Positions 13,120 through 23,600 of a stretch of DNA of 64,000 bases are shown here, one piece after another. This DNA comes from Asterias rubens (taxonomy: Eukaryota). Below the pieces are notes generated by a model. The model made no database searches. It saw nothing but the letters and a program-made list of their open reading frames with translations, and was not told the DNA's origin. The position numbers and the translations under genes were made by a program. Each line of letters opens with the position of its first letter. The stretch's first letter is position 1. The DNA lies in the NCBI RefSeq assembly GCF_902459465.1, contig NC_047066.1, forward strand, positions 11,160,001-11,224,000. The letters run 5' to 3'.

Positions 13120-13396
13120 TTAAAGGCACCGGATGTTTGGTAATTGCCAATGACCAGTATTCTCACTTGGTGGATCCAAACATATATGCATATAAAATAA
13201 CAAATCTGTGAAAATGTTTGCTCAATTCGTCGTCGAAGTTGCAAAAGAATAATGAGAGGAAATACACACTTTTGTGTGCTCTCAGATGCCGAAAAAAGAC
13301 TTCATGTCTGAAGACTTTAATTTTTTGAGTGGGAAATTACCTCTTTCTCAAAAACTACGTTACTTTGATTATTATCAATAGTGCCCAGTGCCTTAA
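13120..13396. mobile_element. Kolobok-like MITE family A, internally deleted
   Basis: TTAAAGGCACCGGA...CCCAGTGCCTTAA; shares its TTAA with the next element. Confidence 0.7.
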
Positions 13397-13768
13397 AGTA
13401 AATGCACAACATCAGTAAACAGTGTTGTCCAAAGGGCCACACTTTGTGTATCACAACTTATCTATAAAATAACAAACCTGTGAAAATTTAGGCTCAATCG
13501 GTCATCTGAGTCGGGAGAAAATAACTGGAATACCCACCCTTGTTTCCGCACATTTCGCCGTGTCATGACAAGTGTTTTAAATATATCCAGTATTCTCGAT
13601 ATCGAGAGTTGATAATTGTTTAAATGTTTTCTCAAAAAGTAAAGCATTTCATGGAATAATATTTCAAGGGAAGTCTTTCACCATTACCTTCTGTAAACCC
13701 TGTAAGTTATTTGTAAATTTGTGAACTTTTAATTTTTGTTCTGTTCAGAAAGTGTATAAAGGCTTTAA
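13393..13768. mobile_element. TTAA-type MITE family C
   Basis: Body matches 21645-22006 and 50854-51216 (AATTTAGGCTCAATCGG, GTTTTCTCAAAAAGTAAAGCATTTCATGG). Confidence 0.75.
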
Positions 13769-14520
13769 GCGTCATGGAAAACAGTTTTTGGGTAGCGATT
13801 GGCTCAACTTGTGTCTGTAACAAACTAAACTTGACAATAGAAAACAAGATATATCTGTATGTTGTCTTGTCAATTACCAAAGAAGATTGTTCCACTTTCT
13901 TACCGGAGAGCAGTTCTTTTATATTTATAGAAGGGCTGAATAAAAGCCCACTTTAGCAATTTTGTTTGCAAAAGTTTTAGTTTGCAACAATGCTCAACGA
14001 TACATTTCAATACAAATGAAAACACTGGTTAACGTTTTAAACACGAAGTGCACATAATATCAAATGGAAACGTAAACAATTTTAGTGCATGTATATTTAC
14101 ATGATGTACCCTGTAAGTTATTTGTAAATTTGTGAACTTTTAATTTTTGTTCTGTTCAGAAAGTGTATAAAGGCTTTAAGCGTCATGGAAAACAGTTTTT
14201 GGGTAGCAATTGGCTCAACTTGTGTCTGTAACAAACTAAACTTGACAATAGAAAACAAGATATATCTGTATGTTGTCTTGTCAATTACCAAAGAAGATTG
14301 TTCCATTTTCTTACCGGAGAGCAGTTCTTTTATATTTTGGAAGGGCTGAATAAAAGCCCACTTTAGCAATTTTGTTTGCAAAAGTTTTAGTTTGCAACAA
14401 TGCTCAACGATACATTTCAATACAAATGAAAACACTGGTTAAAGTTTTAAACACGAAGTGCACATAATATCAAATGGAAACGTAAACAATTTTAGTGCAT
14501 GTATATTTACATGATGTACC
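13697..14520 (+). repeat. 411-bp tandem duplication (2 copies)
   Basis: ACCCTGTAAGTTATTTG at 13697 and 14108. Only a few substitutions seen. The duplicated spurious ORFs in the track are also 411 bp apart. Confidence 0.92.
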
Positions 14521-15146
14521 ATCACCTTTTCATATGTAAATATGTAAATAATAATTACGGTGTTGTTGGGTTTTTTGGTACCACATTGTACATGTAGATG
14601 TGGCAACTGCACTCTTCTGAACAAATAATAAGTGCACTTTGATATTATAAATAGTCCAAGTATTATACTAGTAATAATTCTATATAAATTACATGAGATG
14701 CTCGTCAAATTTTGTGTGTTAATATTCATAATCACATTTTATATGTGCAACTATACTCCCATGAATGAAGGGCACTGTGATACAGTATGTATTATTAGTA
14801 TAGCCCATTCAAGTATATATTTTGGCTAATTTGTAAGTAAATAAATACAATTGTGATACTGCTGAAAACTTGTTGTGTTACTTTCTGTATTACATTTTAC
14901 GATGTGTAACTGCACTTTCATGATTGAATAATATGCGCACTTTGAAAAAATTATCCTAATCTATATACAAACAACCAATATATATTAGCCTACTTTATAA
15001 TCACTTGTAAACAAATACAATTGGGATGCTGGTGAAAGTTTGTTTGCGTTAATTCGTGTATCACTATGACGATGACAGGAAGTTCCATCATACTCTCCCT
15101 TCGATAGTAATTGTTGAATTAATAGTATTTAATGTAAGTCACTCTC

Positions 15147-15498
15147 TTAAAGATGCTATTAAAGAATGGATTTTTTTGAGTGAATGGTATTTCAAAGAGT
15201 ATCACCCGCTCTAACGAAAAAAAAGTTGAACTTTTACTTTTAATGGTCAGCAACCATGACAAAATTTTTAAACATTTCTAATAAAACACATAAGAATTGG
15301 TCACGTGATATATTGTCGGGATCCCGACAAAAACTAATTTTGAGCACTTTATTTCACTGCTACTAATAATTGGCGGACTTTTTCGAGCAATGGCTCAAAT
15401 GAAAGCTTGTAACTTTCTCGACCCCCATCAAAATACCTATTAAATTTTAAATCAAAATTTTGGGGTAAAATCGGCCAAAAATCTGACAGCATCTTTAA
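15147..15498. mobile_element. TTAA-type MITE (AGATGCT termini)
   Basis: TTAAAGATGCT...AGCATCTTTAA; internal 18-bp palindrome TTGTCGGGATCCCGACAA (15313-15330). Confidence 0.65.
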
Positions 15499-15909
15499 TG
15501 TAAAAGAGTGAAAAACCACTCATTTTGTCCGCCATACCACTAATGCAAAGAGCAATTAATGGCGGACAACTCTTTTTAGAGTGAAACACTGGTACTTGCA
15601 ACTCGATTTAGATTGAAGTTTGTTCCAACTTCACTCAAAACGAGTGACACAGAAAGACTTTCACTCTCAAAAGACCTAAACAGACACCACTCGGACAAGA
15701 GAGTCAATTTTTCACTGGCTTACATTAAGAGAGTACAACATTTAAAAGACTATCCGAACACATACGTACATGTAGTATGCCTCGTCAGATGTAAATAAAT
15801 GCAATTGGGAATTGGTGAAACTTTGTGTGTGTTAATTTTTGTGTCACAATAAATATATTTTGTTTATGAAGGGACTGAACTAAGTGATGATAAGAAACTA
15901 TTTTAATCT

Positions 15910-16301
15910 TTAAAAGCAGTAGACACCATTGGTACATGTAAATACTCAAAATAATTATTAGCATAAAACCGTTATTTGGTAATGAGTAATGGGGAGAGGT
16001 TGATAGTATAAAACACTGTGAGCAACGGCTCCCTCTGAAGTGATGTAGTTTTCAAGAATGAAGTAATTTTCCACGAATTTGATTTTGAGACCTCAGATTT
16101 AGAATTTGAGGTTTCAAAATCAAGCATCTGAAAGCACACAACTTCGTGTGACAAGGGTGTTTTTTCTTTCATTATTATCTTGCAACTTCGACAACCAGTT
16201 GAGCTCAAATTTTCACAGGTTTGTTGTTTTATGCATATTTAAAATACACCAAGTGAGAAGACTAGTCTTTGGCAATTACCAATAGTGTCCAGTGTGTTTA
16301 A
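15910..16301. mobile_element. Kolobok-like MITE family A
   Basis: TTAA-flanked; opposite orientation to the copy at 16406. Confidence 0.85.
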
Positions 16302-16405
16302 GGAACTATGTTGTTAAACTTTCAAGAAGAAAGGGGGAATTTGATGAAACAAAAATAATTTTAAAAATTTAACGAGTGCAGTGTGAGTAAGGAAATGTTT
16401 GAGAT

Positions 16406-16790
16406 TTAAAGACAGTGGACATTATTGGTAATTGTTAAAGACCAGTCTTCTCACTTAGTGTATCTCAACATGCATAAAATAACAAACCTGTAAAAATTTG
16501 AGCTTGATTGGTCGTCGGAGTTGCAGATAACCATAAAAGAAAAAAAACACCCTTGTCACATGAAGTTGTGTGCGTTTAGATGCTTGATTTCGAGACCTCA
16601 AATTCTAAACTTGAGGTCTCGAAATCAAATTCGTGGAAAATTACCTCTTTCTCGAAAACTATGTCACTTCAGAGGGAGCTGTTTCTAACATTGTTTTATA
16701 CTATCAACCTCTCCCAATTACTCTTTACCAAGTGAGGTTTTATGCTGATAATTATTTTGAGTAATTACCAATAGTGGCCACTGCCTTTAA
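16406..16790. mobile_element. Kolobok-like MITE family A
   Basis: TTAAAGACAGTGGAC...GGCCACTGCCTTTAA. Confidence 0.85.
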
Positions 16791-17405
16791 AGGCAAATTA
16801 CACCTTTCCTTTTTTTCAACCGTTCGGTCATTTTAACCCAGATACAAATTATGATTTACATATGTACAATCAAACTAACCTGTGAAAAACTCATTTCAAA
16901 AGGTGGTAGCCTTTTTGAGAAAAGACCACAGTTTTTCACATCTGTGTGTACAAAACCTAATAACGCTGCAAGCGTCCCATCAATGGCAGAGTTAGGTAAA
17001 GCACTTGCATGTACCAGCTAAAAAATGTTCAACTAAAAGTAGAGCTATCTGTAACTTCAAACAAAATGCAATTTACTCAAGTTGTACTTTCTTTAATTAA
17101 AACAAAACCAATTGTATGTCACTAATGACTAAAAGTCACCAACATTAATTGCTTGGATTATAAGGAACCAAGGTCAATTGGTAAATGTACACTGCCTCCC
17201 TCCCTCACAAAAAAATACGACTTAGACGTAGATATCCAACCCCCCCCCCACCCCCAAATTCCCTACGGATGAGAGATTTAGTTAAAACAATGTAGTTGGA
17301 GTTTTGTGTTTACCTGTTTAAAGTGAGGGTATTTTACAATTATTAATCAAAAGTACAAACAAGAAGTACATTATAAGTACATTGCACTGTCCCACTTGGA
17401 GTGAC

Positions 17406-17802
17406 TTAAAGACACTGGACACTATTGGTTATTGTCACAGACTACCCTTCACACTTGTATCTCAACATATGCTCAACATTTATGCATATAAAACAACAAA
17501 CCTGTGAAATTTGAGCTCAATCGGTCGTTGATGTTGCGAGATAATGAAAGAAAAAAGCACCCTTGTCACACAAAGTTGTGTGCCTTCAGATGCCTGATTT
17601 CGAGACCTCAAATTCTAAATCAGAGGTCTCGAAATCAAATTCGTGGAATAATTACTTCTTTCTCGAACACTAGATTACTTCAGAGGGAGCCGTTTCTCAC
17701 AATGTTTTATACTATAAACGGCTCTCCATTACTCGTTGCCAAGTAAGGTTTAATTATGCCAATAATTATTTTGAGTATTTACCATTAGTGTCCACTGTCT
17801 AA
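17406..17802. mobile_element. Kolobok-like MITE family A
   Basis: Family A TIRs and body. Confidence 0.82.
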
Positions 17803-18542
17803 TACTGATATCACAAAACCAACAGGATGAGACCTTAAGACACACAACCTAAATATAGAGTTAAACCTTTAATTAAGCAGTGAGATTATTCATTAGTTTA
17901 ATCCCTTGTACAATTATTAATTAAACCGCTATGTCTTATCAGTGATCACTGAAGTCAACGTATGGATTAAGGACCAGTGACAATGGGAAAGTGTACAGCC
18001 TCAATTCCCTCACACACACAAAAAAAGAGGCAAAACACAGTTACGACAATTTGGAAAAATGTTTTGACAGGTACATGCACATGTAGGTCCTTGTAGATGA
18101 TTAAATGGAATTACTCAAATGATAAATCACATAATGGATGCGAGGAACGTTTGTTACAGGAGCAAACAGACAGAATTGGAGCAGGTTGCAGATGATGATG
18201 GAGTGTTTAAAGATGCAACATCAAAAATTACACTTTGAGAAAAGAGTGTTTAAAAATGCAGCAAGATGACCACCATTCGTGACCACCTCTCATATGTACA
18301 AGACATAACGTGTGTTGACTGTCAAGATTATTCAGACTATATGACGATGAGGCTTCAGTCTATGTAGAGGAGACTCTCATTTCTGTCAAGCTCTAGTTTC
18401 TAAAAAAAATTAAATCGTTTTTGGCATAGTTTTGCAAGACTGCTTTTGTTTCAGAAGCAGTACTGATGGCATAAACTAACATATTTTGTCAAGACTAGGA
18501 AACCTTCAAACATTTATCCATGTGATATTCTCTTATTCAGTG

Positions 18543-19694
18543 ATGGATTTAAACACAACAATGGTGTCAGAGGACTGCAGTGCTTCTTATAACATCACTG
18601 AGGAGACAGTTTCTGAGTGGCTTTTTACTCCAGCAGACACCATCATTATTACCGTCATCATCCCAATTATCCTGGGTCTTGGAGTTATCACCAATGCTAC
18701 ATTTCTCTTTGTCATTTATCGCGTTCCAAAACTGAGATCTGTGACAAGCATTTACTTGGCACACTTGGCCCTGGCCGATCTTCTGTACTTAATTATGTCA
18801 GCGTTTTACCACATTTGGAGGTACGCATCATCACCGATGGTACCCCACACCCCTTTTATGGGTTCGGCTGGGTGTGGCTGTTTTATTACTGTTACAAATA
18901 CAGGATATTTTGCATCCATCGCACTGGTGACTAGCATGTCCTTTGAGAGGTACCTTGCCTTGTGTCATCCAATGAAACATCTGAAAATACGCGGCAGGGG
19001 GCTTACTCTCACATCATTGGCAATCTGTTGGTTGGTTGGCTTTGCATTTGCTGCAGTGACTGTTCTCAGTTCAGCGACTCTCTACACGGATTGCCTACAA
19101 TGGCCAGATGAGGACGAGTACCTAGGATTCCCTTTGATAAGATCATACTGTGGTCCTGTCCAACCCTGGGTACCATACTACACTTTACCGCTTGTAAATT
19201 TACCCTGGTTGATAGCAATGGTGGCTAACATCTACATGTATGCACGTATTGTAATAACATTAAACAAACGCGGTTCCGTCAGCAGAATGATCCAAGACCC
19301 AAAGGCTGTACAAGTTCGGAACCAAGTAGCCAAGATGCTGATTGTCAATGGAGTTGTATTCTTCATCTGCCAGACACCATACCGCGTGATAAGTCTGACC
19401 GCATGGGTTAGTCTTTTAGCGCAGATTCAGGATCCTTTGAGCACAGCCCTTGGAAATGCTGGCGTATGGATATCGAGCCTTCCTCAGTTGATGAACACTT
19501 TCATCAATCCATTGATTTATGGAATGATGAGTGGACAGTACAGAACGGCATTAATCCAAGTGTTTCAATGTCAACCCAAGGCAAGACTGATGAGACAACA
19601 GGCTACCACAACTAGAGCATCAAAGATTGACAACTCAGCCTCCCAAATCACCTCACCGACGACGACAAGTGAGACATTTGAAACTAGACTGTGA
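18543..19694 (+). CDS. Intronless rhodopsin-class orphan GPCR; cluster copy 3 (383 aa from MDLNTT)
   Basis: Motifs HLALADLL, SFERYLALCHP, FFICQTPY, NPLIYG. The ORF-track start (18486) is not ATG; the first ATG is 18543, 2 nt after acceptor-like TTATTCAG. Confidence 0.93.
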   Translation: MDLNTTMVSEDCSASYNITEETVSEWLFTPADTIIITVIIPIILGLGVITNATFLFVIYRVPKLRSVTSIYLAHLALADLLYLIMSAFYHIWRYASSPMVPHTPFMGSAGCGCFITVTNTGYFASIALVTSMSFERYLALCHPMKHLKIRGRGLTLTSLAICWLVGFAFAAVTVLSSATLYTDCLQWPDEDEYLGFPLIRSYCGPVQPWVPYYTLPLVNLPWLIAMVANIYMYARIVITLNKRGSVSRMIQDPKAVQVRNQVAKMLIVNGVVFFICQTPYRVISLTAWVSLLAQIQDPLSTALGNAGVWISSLPQLMNTFINPLIYGMMSGQYRTALIQVFQCQPKARLMRQQATTTRASKIDNSASQITSPTTTSETFETRL

Positions 19695-20280
19695 CTACTT
19701 CAATTCGTCTGGCTCTATTCCATACTCAAAATCACAGATCATTAGACAATCTTCTCAAGTCAGTTAAACATTTACGTATGGTTTATTTGTCAGACAAACT
19801 GTGAAAGACTAGAGAATTTCCCGTGTCACAATTTGGAAAATAACTCGTACCTGATCGATTAGGCCTATAATTTGCATTTGGTAATTCGCTTCACGCATTT
19901 TTGCACCAAGTTTATGAACCGAGAAATACTCAATATCTTGCAAGGACAATAGTACATTGTTTTGCGCACAATTGTAATGATACAATAATGCTTTCTTCAG
20001 ATCTAGTTCATATGCAACTATTTCGCACTGGTTACGACCTTGTTGTACTTACAAACATTTTTGATCCTCTTTGAGGTATTTGTTGGGGGTACACAAAACC
20101 GTTACAACGTTCTTGAAGGTACACAAAACAGTGTTGGTCTTTTAGATCGGGAGCCTTACGTGTAGCTACATGTAGGAAGTTAACCAGTGTACATAATAAT
20201 AGCAATGAAGGAAACTGACATCTGTAAAGCACATTCTGATGGGTTTGGTCCGATACACCACTCCTGTAGCATACCTTTAA

Positions 20281-20628
20281 TTAAAGGCACTGGACACTTT
20301 TGGTAATTATCAAAGACCAGTATTCATACTTGGTCATGTTGGTGAATAAAATAAAAGAACAAATCTGTGCACAATTTGGGAGAGAATAAGGAAAGAAAAA
20401 CGCACTTGTTGCACAAATGTGTGAGCTTTCAGATGCCCAAAAAGGTCTTCAGTCCTTGAATATTATTCGAGTGAAAAATTCCGCCTTTCTCAAAAACGTT
20501 GTTGCTTCAGAGGGAGCCATTTCTCACAGTGTTTTGTACAATCAACAGCTCTCCATTGCTCGTTACCAAGTAAGTTTTTATGCTAACAATTATTTTGAGT
20601 AATTACCAATAGTGTCCACAACCTTTGA
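20281..20628. mobile_element. Kolobok-like MITE family A (older, partly deleted)
   Basis: TTAAAGGCACTGGACAC...AATAGTGTCCACAACCTTTGA; 45 nt from a DEPDC5 exon. Confidence 0.75.
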
Positions 20629-20673
20629 TAATCAATCAAAATCTTGACAAAGAGACACAAAAAAAGAACTTAC

Positions 20674-23600
20674 CGCACGTGTCAAAGTCCCACATCTCTG
20701 AGCTCATCTGTATGAACATGTACACCATGGCAGTGGCCGAGCGAAACGCAACGCGTGTATCTTCAGTCACTGCACCACACATCACCTTCTCTCCACGAGC
20801 CCATAGTTCGTTGACCTGAGCCCGGATACCGGAGTATTCTATCTTCTGCTGGACATGGAGGCAAGATCGCACCTGGAGAGAAATTCAAGTATGTTATAAA
20901 TAAATAGTAATAAAGGAACATTAAAGGCAGTGGACACTATTGGTAATTACTCAAAATAATTATTAGCATAAAACCTTTCTTTGTGACAAGTATTAAATGG
21001 GGAGAGGTTGATGGTATAAAACATTGTGAGAAACGGCTCCCTCTGAAGTGCCATAGTTTTTGAGAAAGAAGTAATTTTCCACGAATTTAATTTCGAGACC
21101 TCAGATTTAGAACTTGAGGTCTCGAAATAAACGCACACAACTCCGTGTGACAAGGGTGTTTTTTTCTTTCATTATTATCTCGCAACTTCAATGACCGATT
21201 GAGCTCAAATTATCGCAGGTTTGTTATTTTATGCATATGTTGAGATACACCTGTGAAGGCTAGTCTTTGACAATTACCAATAGTGTCCACTGCCTTTAAG
21301 GAATTTGGTAATCAAAAAATCTTAAGATCACAGATTTACACGGTCTTTATGATGATGATAGAAGAAAACATCCCTTGAAGTATTTCTGTCTGAAATGTCA
21401 CATTTGATGAGAAATAAATACAACTATTTCCTGCTTGTAGTGTTTTTGCTCAGTCAGTTAGTGAGGGTTTTAAAAAAAAATGTTTTAATTGATGTCATGC
21501 ATAATGTGTACTCCGTTTTCATTTTTTTCTTGTGACCCAGATGGCCAATCGATCCCAAACTTCAGGTTTGTCGGTTTACGTAATGGTGGATTACGTATAG
21601 TGCTTACACTGCCAGCAACTGTTTTGTTTTTTTGTAATGTTCCTTTAAAGCCATTGGACCCTTTCGGTAAACAGTGTTGTCCAAGGCCCAAACTTCTATA
21701 TCAAATAACAAACCTGTGAAAATTTAGGCTCAATCGGTTATCGGAGTCGGTAGAAAACAACGGAAAAACCCACCCTTGTTTCCCCGCGTTTCGCCATGTC
21801 ATGACATGTGTTTAAAATAAATCTCGTTAACGAGAATTTAACGAGAATTTATATTGTTCTGCTGTTTTCTCAAAAAGTAAAGCATTTCATGGAATAATAT
21901 TTCAAGAGAAGTCTTCCACCATTGCATTCTGTAAACCCTGTAAGTTATTTGTAAATCTGTGAACTTTTATTTTTTTTTCTGAACCGAAAGGGTCCAATGG
22001 CTTTAATTAATGAATAGTATCATTGAAGAACGTATCAATCTGCATAAGAAAAAATGATAAGCTTCACAGGACCAACAAAAAAAAATAAAATGAAATAGAA
22101 TTATAACAAGGACAATTTTAACATTTAAAATCAAACATCAAATAACAAAAACCATATCAGCAAAATAAAGAAAAATGTATGACTAATTAAACAATTAATA
22201 ATTCTGCCCAAAGCAATTCATTATTTTCAATGTATTATTTGTTCCTGTAAAAGAAAAGACTCAATAGTTGTTCTAAACAAGCTATGACTGTGTGGGTCTT
22301 ACCCCCAATTTGGAGTACTGGACGTGGGGTAAATCAATATTTGATTGCGATTTGTATGACAATCATGCTGACCAGGCATTGTGATTGAACCAGGCATCAT
22401 CATGCATTTGACTTTATCAACAAGACGATTTAAAACATGATCTTTATGGTAAATTAAACACACATGCAAATATGTAATGCAATGATAACTGAATGGAGTT
22501 TACTTTCAAGTTTGTGAATTGGACGTTGATGTTTTTTTTTTTAGGTATGCACTAAGCAACTGCTTTCACCAAAACGACAAACTAATTCTCTGCCATTGAA
22601 AAGTAACTTTAAAAACATTCTCTTGCCCATGAAAATTGAAACATTTTCATGAATGTGTTTGGATCACAACTAATTTAGTTTGAGGAAGCGGTGCTTCCCT
22701 ATACGAAATGTCCTTGGAATTCTGACAAGAAAAACTTGTCCAGTCTTCGCAACCTTTTAAAAAGTATTGAAGTTACAGGCACAGGGTTACAATTCTAAAG
22801 TACAGGATAGCTCATAACAAAGGGAAAGGGATAAGACTTACGGTCTGGGGTAACACTTTGGGTGCGTTCGATAAGCTTCCTCCTGGGTCAACCCCGGTGT
22901 GCTCATCCGACTGGCGTGTTTCTTTTTCCAGGATGAACATGGGCAGATAATTACCCAACGTTCGTCCTGAAAACGTCGCCTATTTTTTTTTCCAGGACGA
23001 ACGTGTGCAGATAATAACCCACGTTCTTCCTGGAAAAAACACGCATCCAGTTGTGTGGTGATGTCAGTGCACCTCGGGTCAGCCCCAGGTGCCCCGCTTG
23101 TGGATCGGGTCAACCCAGGTATAAAGCTAAACGAACACACCCCAAGTGTCTAAGTTGTAGTGGTTCTAGAAAAAGTGGTGTTAGAAGAAGAATTAAGTTG
23201 TTTTCCTTTTTTTAAACACTGCCACAACTAACAGAGAGATATGTCACGTACATGGTGTTTTAGTTACACTAACCGTACTTGAAAAGAAAAGAAAAAAACT
23301 CAAGGGGAATGGTGCATCAGAGCAAGGACTTCAAGTGCAAGACAACCATCTCAAGTAATCATTCATTCTTTGAAGTGGGTACTCAACGCTTCTTGTTGCA
23401 ATGGACACTTGGGTTGTTTTGTGTTTCTTTCTTCCACATCCTTACCCTTGAGGATGAGGGTGAGAAACCCCCAAGAGATTCCTTCAGCTGCTTGATAGGA
23501 TGGGGGACACTCGGGATTGGCTCGGGAAGCTGACTTGCCGAGAGGGGGGTGGGGGGTTGTTTAAAAAAGAAAAGTATGAAGTACAGGGAAGAGGATTGAG

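Noticed and set aside
18486-18542. N-terminal extension of GPCR copy 3 in the ORF track
   Set aside because: It starts at TTG and looks like an intron end (acceptor at 18540). The paralogs align from the ATG at 18543.
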